From: a virus
Taxonomy: Duplodnaviria; Caudoviricetes
IMG/VR virus record: IMGVR_UViG_3300020044_003031
Span: 1 to 38,934 of that record
Length of the DNA: 38,934 bases
Strand: one strand, 5' to 3'
In this document: positions 1-8,638 of the stretch, piece after piece
Numbering within the stretch: the first letter of the stretch is position 1
How the letters are laid out: the number at the start of each line of letters is the position of its first letter
Notes under the pieces: model-generated
The model's input: only the letters and a program-made list of their open reading frames with translations
Databases searched by the model: none
Told to the model about the DNA's origin: nothing
Position numbers and translations under genes: made by a program

Positions 1-252
1 TAGCAGAATCTGAACGTCAGGGTTCAAAGTCTTGAAGTCGTTCAGGCGACGCTCAGAAAGCGACTTGTTGAAAGTGACAATGACATCAGCCCACTGGTCA
101 AACGAAGGCTCAGGCTGGTTGCCCCAAACGATCGAATCCACAGTGTAAATCAAATCGTAAGTTAGCGGGCTATCCTTCTTCTCAACAAAGGTTGCCATAA
201 CAGCACCCATGTCGTCGAAACCGCCAGAAATGTTGAACTTATATTTATACAT
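1..252 (-). CDS. Hypothetical protein, partial (runs off the window edge)
   Basis: Read by hand: AGGAG-AAATA-ATG at 252, open frame MYKYKFNISGGFDDMGAV...DVQILL to base 1; not in ORF track. Confidence 0.7.
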   Translation of the reverse strand, partial: MYKYKFNISGGFDDMGAVMATFVEKKDSPLTYDLIYTVDSIVWGNQPEPSFDQWADVIVTFNKSLSERRLNDFKTLNPDVQILL

Positions 253-310
253 TATTTCTCCTAATGTGTTGTTGTATAGAGGTATAAGTCTATACCCTAT
301 TGTTTTATTC

Positions 311-565
311 CTATAAACCTAGTGTGCGCACAAATCGTGTCGCACCACCTTTTTCATCAAAGACACCATGTTGCCAGTCCAGTTTCACATCCTGCAAAAG
401 GTTGTCATAAAAGATGTCAACCTGATGGTCAATATGTTTAGCAACAGACTGCCACTGTTTGTCAGACAAAGTAATCGTCTCATCGTTCAGATAGTGACGC
501 AGATACTCTTCAAAGTTTTCTTTATCAAAACTGTGATGCACTGCCTGCACCTCATCGTCATACAT
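311..565 (-). CDS. Small acidic phage protein (probable paralog of 1188-1412 and 1590-1871)
   Basis: AGGAGG SD upstream; motif LSDKQWQSVAKHI. Confidence 0.7.
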   Translation of the reverse strand: MYDDEVQAVHHSFDKENFEEYLRHYLNDETITLSDKQWQSVAKHIDHQVDIFYDNLLQDVKLDWQHGVFDEKGGATRFVRTLGL

Positions 566-575
566 TCTTAGCCTC

Positions 576-986
576 CTAATAGTCCATGATTAGTGCGTTC
601 ACAAACTTGAACCGGTCAGAGTATTCCAACCCTGACGAACGTTCAGCGAACTCGATGAAGTCTTTCTCCTCAACCCACAACAAGTCATCGCTGTGAACCG
701 CACTGTCGCTGTCAGTCAACGCAACCTCTACAGTGCCACGGAACTGGCGCACATAAACTGTCGGATAGTTGCCAACAATCAGATACGGGGTGATGCTGTA
801 ATCTCCCGTAGTTGCATCGTCCATAGCCTTAGCCAAACGTGGCGCAAACTCTGTTCGACTATCATCAAGCAAAGCCTCCCTAACAACATCGATCGACCCA
901 TCAGCCAACCACCTGTTGTAAAAGAACACTCTTACCTCATCGTCAAGAAACTTCTCAACATAAGCAATACTTGCTCGTTCGCCCAT
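576..986 (-). CDS. Hypothetical phage protein
   Basis: 136 aa ORF; start overlaps upstream stop (TAATG). Confidence 0.7.
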   Translation of the reverse strand: MGERASIAYVEKFLDDEVRVFFYNRWLADGSIDVVREALLDDSRTEFAPRLAKAMDDATTGDYSITPYLIVGNYPTVYVRQFRGTVEVALTDSDSAVHSDDLLWVEEKDFIEFAERSSGLEYSDRFKFVNALIMDY

Positions 987-1198
987 TATATAAACCTCGA
1001 TACTTCCACAATCTCATCAACAACAATCTCATTCGGGCGGATGCCCTGAATAACTTTGAACATTTCCTCTTTCGCACGGGTAGACAACTCGTCATCTGAG
1101 GCGGTAGTCAGTTCACGAAACGAATCATCAACCACAACGCCAACATTCATGACGCTCAAATCTAAAGTGACCCGATACAAACTAGTTTCACTCGACAC
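986..1198 (-). CDS. Hypothetical protein (probable GTG start at 1198 rather than 1291)
   Basis: ORF track frame; start chosen to limit overlap with the upstream gene; GAGG upstream. Confidence 0.55.
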   Translation of the reverse strand: MSSETSLYRVTLDLSVMNVGVVVDDSFRELTTASDDELSTRAKEEMFKVIQGIRPNEIVVDEIVEVSRFI

Positions 1199-1412
1199 CC
1201 AACACCGCCTCAATAGCCTCGTCAAGGTCGTTGATGACGCTACTATCAAGTGCTTCCTCAAACAGGTCAGCAATGTCAAGCCATTCACCATTAGTGATAC
1301 TCAACGGGTGTGCGTCTTCAACATCGGCTTTACCAACCACACGGCCAACAATCATTTCGTCCGGGCGGTAAGAGGAACTAATCAGTTCAATAAACTCTTG
1401 CGCTGTCATCAT
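1188..1412 (-). CDS. Small acidic phage protein (paralog family)
   Basis: GAAGGAG SD 9 nt before ATG at 1412; MTAQEFIELISSSYRPDEMIV aligns with the 1590-1871 product. Confidence 0.65.
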   Translation of the reverse strand: MMTAQEFIELISSSYRPDEMIVGRVVGKADVEDAHPLSITNGEWLDIADLFEEALDSSVINDLDEAIEAVLGVE

Positions 1413-1587
1413 CGCAATCATCTCCTTCTTCATATCTAAAATCAAAAACTTGTTTCTGTAAACTAGTGTGCAGTTTGCCGGTCTTGCGAGCATGCGCCCA
1501 CTCACCAGCAGTTGTGAGATTTGATTCTAACAACTTCAACCCTGAAAGCACAAGGTGAATGTCAGTGTTCTTCATCGTAACGTCCAC
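1387..1587 (-). CDS. Hypothetical protein
   Basis: ORF fills the gap between neighbours; start may be ATG at 1575. Confidence 0.5.
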   Translation of the reverse strand: MDVTMKNTDIHLVLSGLKLLESNLTTAGEWAHARKTGKLHTSLQKQVFDFRYEEGDDCDDDSARVY

Positions 1588-1589
1588 GG

Positions 1590-1871
1590 CTACTTGTTGC
1601 TTTCGTTGAACCTACGTTGAACAACATCAAACAAGTCATCGTTGCACCATGCGAGTTGGTCCGAAATGATGTTGCTGAACGAATCGCTCACACTATTCCA
1701 CACCTCAGTAACCTGCTCATCTGACGGTTCAGGAATCTCACCGTCATAATAAATGTCAGCAATCATATCCGACACGTCACTCTTATCCCACCAAGTAACC
1801 ACAAGGGTTGCATCAGGGCTGTAATGCTTGTTCAAAGTTTCAATAAGTTGTCCAACAGTTAGAACTGCCAT
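1590..1871 (-). CDS. Small acidic phage protein (paralog family)
   Basis: GAAGGAG SD upstream; LTVGQLIETLNKHYSPDATLVVTWWDKSDV. Confidence 0.7.
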   Translation of the reverse strand: MAVLTVGQLIETLNKHYSPDATLVVTWWDKSDVSDMIADIYYDGEIPEPSDEQVTEVWNSVSDSFSNIISDQLAWCNDDLFDVVQRRFNESNK

Positions 1872-1874
1872 GGT

Positions 1875-1991
1875 TTACTCTCCTTCACAAATCGATCGGT
1901 GGTTGGCACTCTGCCACCACAAATAAGTATCTGAACACTTGTCACAAACTTCTAAAGCGTCACAAGTGTCTGTTGCTTCAATGATTGCCAT
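1875..1991 (-). CDS. 38-aa putative Zn-binding peptide
   Basis: Read by hand: AGGAG-AAACTA-ATG; MAIIEATDTCDALEVCDKCSDTYLWWQSANHRSICEGE (C-x2-C-x11-H-x3-C); its stop lies 3 nt before the next ATG. Confidence 0.6.
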   Translation of the reverse strand: MAIIEATDTCDALEVCDKCSDTYLWWQSANHRSICEGE

Positions 1992-4851
1992 TAGTTTCTC
2001 CTCTTGAAGACACCTTATCTTTAAATTGCTCAGGGATATCAGCCTCATTTTCGTAGGTAAATGTTACAAAGTTTTTATCTTCCAAATCCTTTAATACCTG
2101 CTCTTGCGTTGGTTCTTTTAACTCTCCCTCCGGCTTAGCCTCAGCAGCCTTATGTGCCTCAAGCCTTGCCTTTACAAAATCAAGAGTGCCTTGCTCTGTT
2201 GGGTCTTCCTTAGCTAAGTCCTCCCAAAACTTAACCCTATTCTCTTGGAAAGCAATAGGGTCAGCAAAGTAGTCATTAGCATCCTGCACATCCCCTTCGT
2301 CATACTTGTCAGGGTTGTCTAGGACTTCTTGGAAGTGCTCCTTTTCGTCATTAACGAGTTTTTCTTGCTCGGGAGTGATTTCAAGTTTGGCGTTTCCTTC
2401 GCCCACTTGCTGCAATCCCAATTTTTGTTCCCCTGCGCGTAACAGGCTTTCATCTGCTCTTTGTTTTTGAATGGCATCTTCGCTTAATTTAGTTAATTGT
2501 TCATTAATTTGGTTTATCCTTTCTTGCTGTGGCTTAATTAAAGCAGCGTCTTTTCCTTGTATTTTATCCTCTATCCTCTTCCTTTCCTTCAGCAAGTCCA
2601 TAGCCTCCTTCTTTGCCCTCGTGTCCAATCCATCAGGAACTGACTTGAAAAGACCAACTGAGTTTTGATAACTAGTAAGCATGTCCTCACCCTGAGCCTT
2701 TGTAATCTCTCCTGCTGAAATTTTATTTTTTATGCTAGCAATAAGCGCACTCTGTATCTCATCATTATTGGCAGCAGCCTCAAACATCTTAAAGGTATTG
2801 TCAGGCATAGCCTTGTAACCTGTCTCAGCCGCAGCAGCACGCACAGCAGGAACGATATGTAGTATCCCTGCGCCCATAGCCAAGCTAGCAGCAGACTTGC
2901 CTGCGCCTACTAGAAATTCAGATACATCTTTAGGTGTTTCAAACATTTTCTTTTCCTTCGCTGCATTTATAGTCTTCCTTATAGCCACATCTGTAGAGTA
3001 TATGGCAACGCCCAACTCAGCACCTGATACCATTCCCTTGCCTAAGTCAACAGCACCTCTTGCAATCATGTTCTCAACCTCGCCTTTCATAATGTTCTTA
3101 AGCTCAGCAGCCGTAGCCTTAGCCCCTGCTCTTTCCATGCCTGCTGTAACGAGGTTTGCAACAAGACTCTTGTTTGCCATAACCCTATTTAAACCAAACT
3201 CAAGCAGTACCGAGTTGGCTATATTAAACGGAAGAGCGTACATCATCTTGTCCGACTCACTTAAGTCCTTCAACTCAGGATTTTGCTCAAACTCCTTCTT
3301 CATGTTATCATTTGAAATGGCAAACATGGTAGCGGCTTTTACCCATCCCGGACCAATCATGGCAGGGGCAAAGTCAATAAGACCACCTATTACGCCTCCC
3401 CAAAATCCTTCCTTAGAAAGGTCGGTGTACTCTACAGTAGTATTAGGGTCTCCTGCAATCGCTCTGAGGCCATTCCTAGCCATATTTAAAGCTCCCTTAC
3501 CATCTCCTTCACCTTGCTTTATTCTCTTGAGATTATTCTCCTGTATCTGCTTGTCTATCTCATCTCTTCTTACATCGCCAAAAGCTATTGAGTTCTTCCA
3601 ATCCTCAAACTCTGCATTGGTCTTTAGCTCAGGCACTTGAATTCCTTGCTTCTTTGCCAACTCTATAAATTCTGTTCTGTATTTTTCTTTGTTCGCTCTG
3701 TTGGGTGGATTAACAATACCATCTACAAAACTCATCATGTCTGCTTCTATATCGACAGCACCGGCTAGAGCTTTTCCTACAGCGTCTAAAGCCTGATTAT
3801 ATATGTTGCCATACCAAGTCCCCTGCTCTCCTTTCATTGACATGTACTTACCTGCTGCAGATTGTATCTGAGCTTCACGTTGAGCGGATGACGCTCTTTT
3901 GTTTTCTAAGTTTGTGGCTAATCCAACTACAGACTGCTTGTCTGCATTTGCCTGATTGTACTGCTCCATCCAAGTGGCGTCTCTTTGTTCAACAGGGATG
4001 GCGTTCAGGTCTCTGAATGTTTTATCTATGAGTTCATTTTGCTTTACAATACTGTTCTTCTCCTGAATCATGGAGTTGAACTCATCGTTAACGGTCTTCA
4101 TTGACTTCTTTATATCCTCCTCGTCCTTGAACTTGCTTATGGGCTGAGCCTCGAATTGTGTTATTATTCCTGCTCCATTTCCTCCTAAACTATTTTGTAT
4201 AAACAATCTAAGTTTCTCTGCCTCTGACTTATCTTTATCTGAAAACCAATTATCTAGAGACACCTCCGTTTTCTTTCCTGTAGGAGAAGTTACGGTCATC
4301 CAATCACCTGTCATTCCTGACTCCTCAAACTTAAAGCCCATATCACCAAAGTGGTAATTCATTAAAGGCACAGCGTTTTCTTCTGTGCCTGAGATTAGGT
4401 CGGGTGTAATTACGTCTAATGATTTCCTAAATTTAGGAGCAAGTTCTCTTTGTTTCTGCTCCATTTTCTTAGCTTCAAAATTTGGCATGCCTAGGGCTGT
4501 AGACTCTGATGCAGGCTTTGGCTGCTTAACGGGAGGTAATGGCGACTCCAATAAACCACCGCCCAATACGGGCTCCGTAGTACCTTGTCCTTGAGGTTGA
4601 GGCGTAGGAATTAGATTTTTTTTTTCAGCAGCAGGCTGTTGCATACCGCCTCCAACTTCTGAAATAAACTTATCTATTGGATGTCTTTCAGAAAAGGTAT
4701 TATCCTTGGAGCTTATCCACTGATGCATTTTTGTAGAATAGTCTGTATCCTGCATTTTGCTTACAAAATCCTGATATGAATATCTACTTTCATAAGAAGC
4801 GTCTTTAGTCTTAATCCAACTATATAAATCTTGTAAATATTTCTCGTCCAT
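1978..4851 (-). CDS. Large internal virion (ejection) protein, probably C-terminally truncated at the junction
   Basis: 957 aa, helical/coiled-coil with an Ala/Gly-rich hydrophobic middle; last gene of the GNAT-small-medium-large order typical of podovirus ejectosome genes. Confidence 0.6.
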   Translation of the reverse strand: MDEKYLQDLYSWIKTKDASYESRYSYQDFVSKMQDTDYSTKMHQWISSKDNTFSERHPIDKFISEVGGGMQQPAAEKKNLIPTPQPQGQGTTEPVLGGGLLESPLPPVKQPKPASESTALGMPNFEAKKMEQKQRELAPKFRKSLDVITPDLISGTEENAVPLMNYHFGDMGFKFEESGMTGDWMTVTSPTGKKTEVSLDNWFSDKDKSEAEKLRLFIQNSLGGNGAGIITQFEAQPISKFKDEEDIKKSMKTVNDEFNSMIQEKNSIVKQNELIDKTFRDLNAIPVEQRDATWMEQYNQANADKQSVVGLATNLENKRASSAQREAQIQSAAGKYMSMKGEQGTWYGNIYNQALDAVGKALAGAVDIEADMMSFVDGIVNPPNRANKEKYRTEFIELAKKQGIQVPELKTNAEFEDWKNSIAFGDVRRDEIDKQIQENNLKRIKQGEGDGKGALNMARNGLRAIAGDPNTTVEYTDLSKEGFWGGVIGGLIDFAPAMIGPGWVKAATMFAISNDNMKKEFEQNPELKDLSESDKMMYALPFNIANSVLLEFGLNRVMANKSLVANLVTAGMERAGAKATAAELKNIMKGEVENMIARGAVDLGKGMVSGAELGVAIYSTDVAIRKTINAAKEKKMFETPKDVSEFLVGAGKSAASLAMGAGILHIVPAVRAAAAETGYKAMPDNTFKMFEAAANNDEIQSALIASIKNKISAGEITKAQGEDMLTSYQNSVGLFKSVPDGLDTRAKKEAMDLLKERKRIEDKIQGKDAALIKPQQERINQINEQLTKLSEDAIQKQRADESLLRAGEQKLGLQQVGEGNAKLEITPEQEKLVNDEKEHFQEVLDNPDKYDEGDVQDANDYFADPIAFQENRVKFWEDLAKEDPTEQGTLDFVKARLEAHKAAEAKPEGELKEPTQEQVLKDLEDKNFVTFTYENEADIPEQFKDKVSSRGETNGNH

Positions 4852-4863
4852 TTTTTTTTGTTT

Positions 4864-6672
4864 TTATGGTGCTTGGTCTTCTGCAGGCGCAGCGATATCC
4901 ATCGCTTCTTTTATTTTTTCTTCAGTTCCAAAATTAGCAGACAACCAATCGTTTAATTTATTTAATGATTCGGCAGAATTTTTCTCCCCAAACCTGTAAG
5001 ATTCTATTGATACCGATGGTTTACCGGGAGAGCTAAATGTAACTTCGCTTCCTACTGCTCCTGTGGGAGTAATTGTTATGTTTAATTTTGAAAGGTTATC
5101 CTTTAGTTTTGACACAACAATTCCTTGTGATTTACCAAATACATCTGTAGGAATATTTTTAACTATATTTGAAAACTCTTTCATATAATCCCTATTAGTT
5201 GTAACTTTAGCAGGCTTGGTGCTTATCTCAAATCCTGATGCTACATCTTTTGTATTTACCGTCTTTCCCAAGTTTTTACTTGCTTCAGTTACAAGCAAAT
5301 CTTCAGGTAACTGTGAAGAATTAAGAGCACCTACTAACCCATTCATTATAACCTTAGGGTCTGTTCCATATGGGAATTTAACAACTTCTCCTTTAGGGTC
5401 GGTATATGTATACCCATCTGCTGTCTTATCTAATTTAATACTATTAGCAGCAAAGAACTTACCTGCAGCCTGTACTTTATCATTATTTCCCGTAATAAAA
5501 TTAGCAAGATTTTTTCCCCAAACTTTAGCTGCAGCAGCCTGTTGAATACGAGATAATTCAGGACCGGTGGGAGCCCTTTTCTCCTGAAGCTGAGCCTGAG
5601 CAGTAGGAGTTATCTTCTCCTCAATGTTATATTGAGACCTAGCTTGTCCACGAACAAACTCAGTGCTCGCCTCCATCTGCTCTTTGTTGAACTTGAAAGA
5701 CTGAGCCTGTGTACTTGGGTTTATAACCTCAAGTATTGCCTCCGGATTATTCTTGGCATCATTCTCATCTTGAGTGAACCTATACTCCTTGCCATTTGAA
5801 GCAGTTCCTAACTGATCTAGCAATACAGAAGCCCTATTAAATGGATTCTCTAATGCCGCATCAATATACCCTGTCTCTGCATTGAAGAAATTATATAATA
5901 CTTTCTTAGTTCCTTCGTCAATATCTGTTCTTTTGGTAATGTCCTCAACGCTTCTAATCTCTCCACCTCTAAGCAAAGTACCTGCTTTTGAATCAGCCTG
6001 AATATATTTACCTAGACCCTTAGCCCATTGAGTCGCAGCTCCCTGAACGTCATACTTGTCCCACTGACCTTCTATAAGACCCTTAACATGAGCAACACTT
6101 GATATGTCGTTAGGATTCTCGCTCATTGTATAGATATCCTTACCATCTACATTCTTTTTTTCTTTCAAAGCCATTACCACCTGACCATTTGCAGGGTTGA
6201 TATAAAATCCTGACTGATTCCAATTACCATACCCCTCCGCTTTTGCCATGTTCTTAACCTCACCCAAAGAAGACTTGCCTTCTTTATATCTGTCCATCTT
6301 TTCTCCATACTTCTTCTGATAGTCAGCCACCGCTCCAAAGGCTTGGTCTGTACCATCAAGAAGGTTCTGTCTAGCAATGGTATAGTCCTTTAGCTTCATC
6401 TTGCCTGACTTCAATAGCTTGTCTTGCATCCTCATGTACTTCGAAGCATTATCAGCAAACTCAAGGGCAGCTTTCTTTGCATTCTCATCCTGTCCTGTGG
6501 GTATGTTTAAAAGCTTCTCCTGAAAATCACGAGAGGCTTGGTCTATAGCAGCTTTCTTTTCTTCACGAACTCTATCTGTTTCGGTAATCATGTCTGACAT
6601 GTTCTTACCTATCTCAGCCCAATTCGTGTAACTATCCGCTTGGCGTTCTACATATTTATATCCTAATGGCAT
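4864..6672 (-). CDS. Putative internal virion protein
   Basis: 602 aa helical protein; position in the ejectosome-like block. Confidence 0.5.
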   Translation of the reverse strand: MPLGYKYVERQADSYTNWAEIGKNMSDMITETDRVREEKKAAIDQASRDFQEKLLNIPTGQDENAKKAALEFADNASKYMRMQDKLLKSGKMKLKDYTIARQNLLDGTDQAFGAVADYQKKYGEKMDRYKEGKSSLGEVKNMAKAEGYGNWNQSGFYINPANGQVVMALKEKKNVDGKDIYTMSENPNDISSVAHVKGLIEGQWDKYDVQGAATQWAKGLGKYIQADSKAGTLLRGGEIRSVEDITKRTDIDEGTKKVLYNFFNAETGYIDAALENPFNRASVLLDQLGTASNGKEYRFTQDENDAKNNPEAILEVINPSTQAQSFKFNKEQMEASTEFVRGQARSQYNIEEKITPTAQAQLQEKRAPTGPELSRIQQAAAAKVWGKNLANFITGNNDKVQAAGKFFAANSIKLDKTADGYTYTDPKGEVVKFPYGTDPKVIMNGLVGALNSSQLPEDLLVTEASKNLGKTVNTKDVASGFEISTKPAKVTTNRDYMKEFSNIVKNIPTDVFGKSQGIVVSKLKDNLSKLNITITPTGAVGSEVTFSSPGKPSVSIESYRFGEKNSAESLNKLNDWLSANFGTEEKIKEAMDIAAPAEDQAP

Positions 6673-6689
6673 GTTATTTATTTATACGG

Positions 6690-7397
6690 TTATGGGGTGG
6701 TAGTATCAAAAGGGTTCTGTCTGTTACTTAGTTCAAATGGATTTAATGCTCCTGAAACAGTTCCTAATCCTGCAGGTCTTTGAACTGCTCCTACAGCAGC
6801 TTGACCCCTAGGAATACCTGCAGCATCCATATTAGCTTTTGCTGCTGACTTAGCAGATTGCTTTCCATATAAATCCAAACCTGCTCCTATTTGCTGACCG
6901 GCACTTGTAATTCCCTCAAGTCCCTGAGCTGTGGCTGCCGCTGCAGCACGCTGAGCATCTGCTGCCATTTGCTGCTGGCCTCCAACCTCTTCTAAGTCTA
7001 ACTGAACACCAACATCACGAAGCCTGCTATCTTCTGCTAATTTCAACTTCTCAATATCAGTCATCTCTTGTCCCATAGCTGTCCTTATTCCTGCTTGACC
7101 CTCATTCATAGCCATTTGAACCTTACCTGCAGTTGCAGCAGCTCCTCTCTCGCTCTCTACGCCTGCTTGGATAGCCTGAGCACCCTGTGCTAGCATAGCT
7201 TCTCTTTCAAGTTCATACGGCTCCTTCTTAACTCCCATTGTATCGTAGTAGTTCTTTTCAAGCTGTTTTCTAGCTTCTGCCATTGCTGTTGCTGCGTCAG
7301 CCTGAGCTTGTTTCTGAATTTTTCTTTGATTTGCTGCTTGAACAAATGAACCCACAGTTCCTGCTACCGCTATTGCTGCTCCTGTTATTGCTGCCAT
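6690..7397 (-). CDS. Putative internal virion protein (T7 gp14/P22 gp7-like position)
   Basis: Hydrophobic Ala/Gly N-terminus followed by Ala/Gln-rich coiled coil. Confidence 0.6.
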   Translation of the reverse strand: MAAITGAAIAVAGTVGSFVQAANQRKIQKQAQADAATAMAEARKQLEKNYYDTMGVKKEPYELEREAMLAQGAQAIQAGVESERGAAATAGKVQMAMNEGQAGIRTAMGQEMTDIEKLKLAEDSRLRDVGVQLDLEEVGGQQQMAADAQRAAAAATAQGLEGITSAGQQIGAGLDLYGKQSAKSAAKANMDAAGIPRGQAAVGAVQRPAGLGTVSGALNPFELSNRQNPFDTTTP

Positions 7398-7398
7398 A

Positions 7399-7812
7399 TT
7401 ATAAAAGTTTAATCATTTCGTTTGTATAAGAATCGCCCTTAACATAACCAAGCTCCTCATAAGTTTTAATCAGGCTTTGGTTTTTAATTAAGGCGTAAGT
7501 GTATTTGCTTCCTGACATCCTGCAAAAATCAGTTAATGACGAAATCAATAACTTTATTGCATCCTGCCTCTTTGGTTTTATATTGTAAGTTTTGCTTGAT
7601 ATAATCCAATCAACCCAAGCAACTTTTGAATTTGTTAGGTACATAAATCCTGCACATATAGGAGTATCTCCATCTAATACCATTACACCGCCCACGCCAT
7701 CACTAGGAAGGAAGTCTCTCTGAGGAGGCTCCCATCCCCAATCCTTCCACCATCCTACTAGAATGTCATCGTAGTCTGTGGGCTTTAACTCTCTTATTAT
7801 TAAATCTCCCAT
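7399..7812 (-). CDS. GNAT-fold acetyltransferase-like protein
   Basis: IRELKPTDY start, GVMVLDGDTPICAGF, AWVDWIIS, YEELGY motifs; position like T7 gp13. Confidence 0.65.
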   Translation of the reverse strand: MGDLIIRELKPTDYDDILVGWWKDWGWEPPQRDFLPSDGVGGVMVLDGDTPICAGFMYLTNSKVAWVDWIISSKTYNIKPKRQDAIKLLISSLTDFCRMSGSKYTYALIKNQSLIKTYEELGYVKGDSYTNEMIKLL

Positions 7813-7817
7813 ACATA

Positions 7818-7825
7818 CAAAGATA
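7818..7825 (-). promoter_or_regulatory. Bacteroidota -7 promoter element TATCTTTG
   Basis: Matches TAnnTTTG, 5 nt upstream of the ATG at 7812. Confidence 0.55.
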
Positions 7826-7831
7826 TTGATT

Positions 7832-8635
7832 TTAAGGAAAACTTTTCATAGCTTCTGACTCCACCGCAAACAATTCTATTTTGCTTGTAGAATAGTTCTG
7901 CATAGTAAACGTACAATAGTGTCCTAGCACGCCATGAGACTCAGCCACAGAGTTTTTAATATACAAAAAGAAGTTGACATCGCCCGGTATAGTAACTGTT
8001 CCCGGTATGCTGTTATCTATTGTAAGTTTGTTTATCCCTGCAGGATAGTTCACGTTTATTGCTGTAACAACCCCGGCTAATTTTGGTGTAGAGTCCAAGA
8101 AGTATAACATATCCCCCACGCTTATGATGTCTCCTATTGACACCAATGGAGATATGCTAAAATTGATAATAGTTCCCATACCTGTTACAGTCAAACTATT
8201 CCCAATACCGTTCATGCTTCTCAAGGATAGTTGACCGGATGAGTTGTTCCTTAAGAACGCAAAATACACAGCCTCTTTCTTATCAAACCAATTTGACAAT
8301 AGGTAGCCGGAGTTTTGAAGGTCTGTCTCTAACTGCATATCCCAAGGGGAATCTCCCTGTAGGCTAATGGTTTTAAACAGCTTGTTCTCAAGTACAGCTT
8401 GGTTTAATACACTCTGTAATGTGGATGGAGCAAATGCGCCTGAGGGATTGCCTACCTGAACCCACCAAGGGGAATAGAAGGTATTTCTGCTTTCATTTAC
8501 ATTGTGTCTATATATATTCCCTCCTTTGAAAGTATATAAATAGTTGTTCATCCCAATTATATAATCGGGGTAATAAGAGTAAAAAGACACCCATCCGGTT
8601 ACTCCTTCGCTGTATGTTAACGTATAACTTGCCAT
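7832..8635 (-). CDS. Tail structural protein resembling the C-terminal part of a crAss-like stabilisation/muzzle protein
   Basis: TLTYSE..GWVSFYSY.P, YTFKGG, KLFKTISL, KKEAVYFA, ELFAV motifs. Confidence 0.55.
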   Translation of the reverse strand: MASYTLTYSEGVTGWVSFYSYYPDYIIGMNNYLYTFKGGNIYRHNVNESRNTFYSPWWVQVGNPSGAFAPSTLQSVLNQAVLENKLFKTISLQGDSPWDMQLETDLQNSGYLLSNWFDKKEAVYFAFLRNNSSGQLSLRSMNGIGNSLTVTGMGTIINFSISPLVSIGDIISVGDMLYFLDSTPKLAGVVTAINVNYPAGINKLTIDNSIPGTVTIPGDVNFFLYIKNSVAESHGVLGHYCTFTMQNYSTSKIELFAVESEAMKSFP

Positions 8636-8638
8636 AAT

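Noticed and set aside
368-1439. Plus-strand ORFs 368-571, 693-1049, 1056-1439
   Set aside because: They overlap SD-led, tightly packed minus-strand genes
2897-3640. 247-aa plus-strand ORF and other plus-strand ORFs inside long minus-strand genes
   Set aside because: Antisense shadows with Ser/Leu/Phe-rich composition that mirrors the real gene's codons
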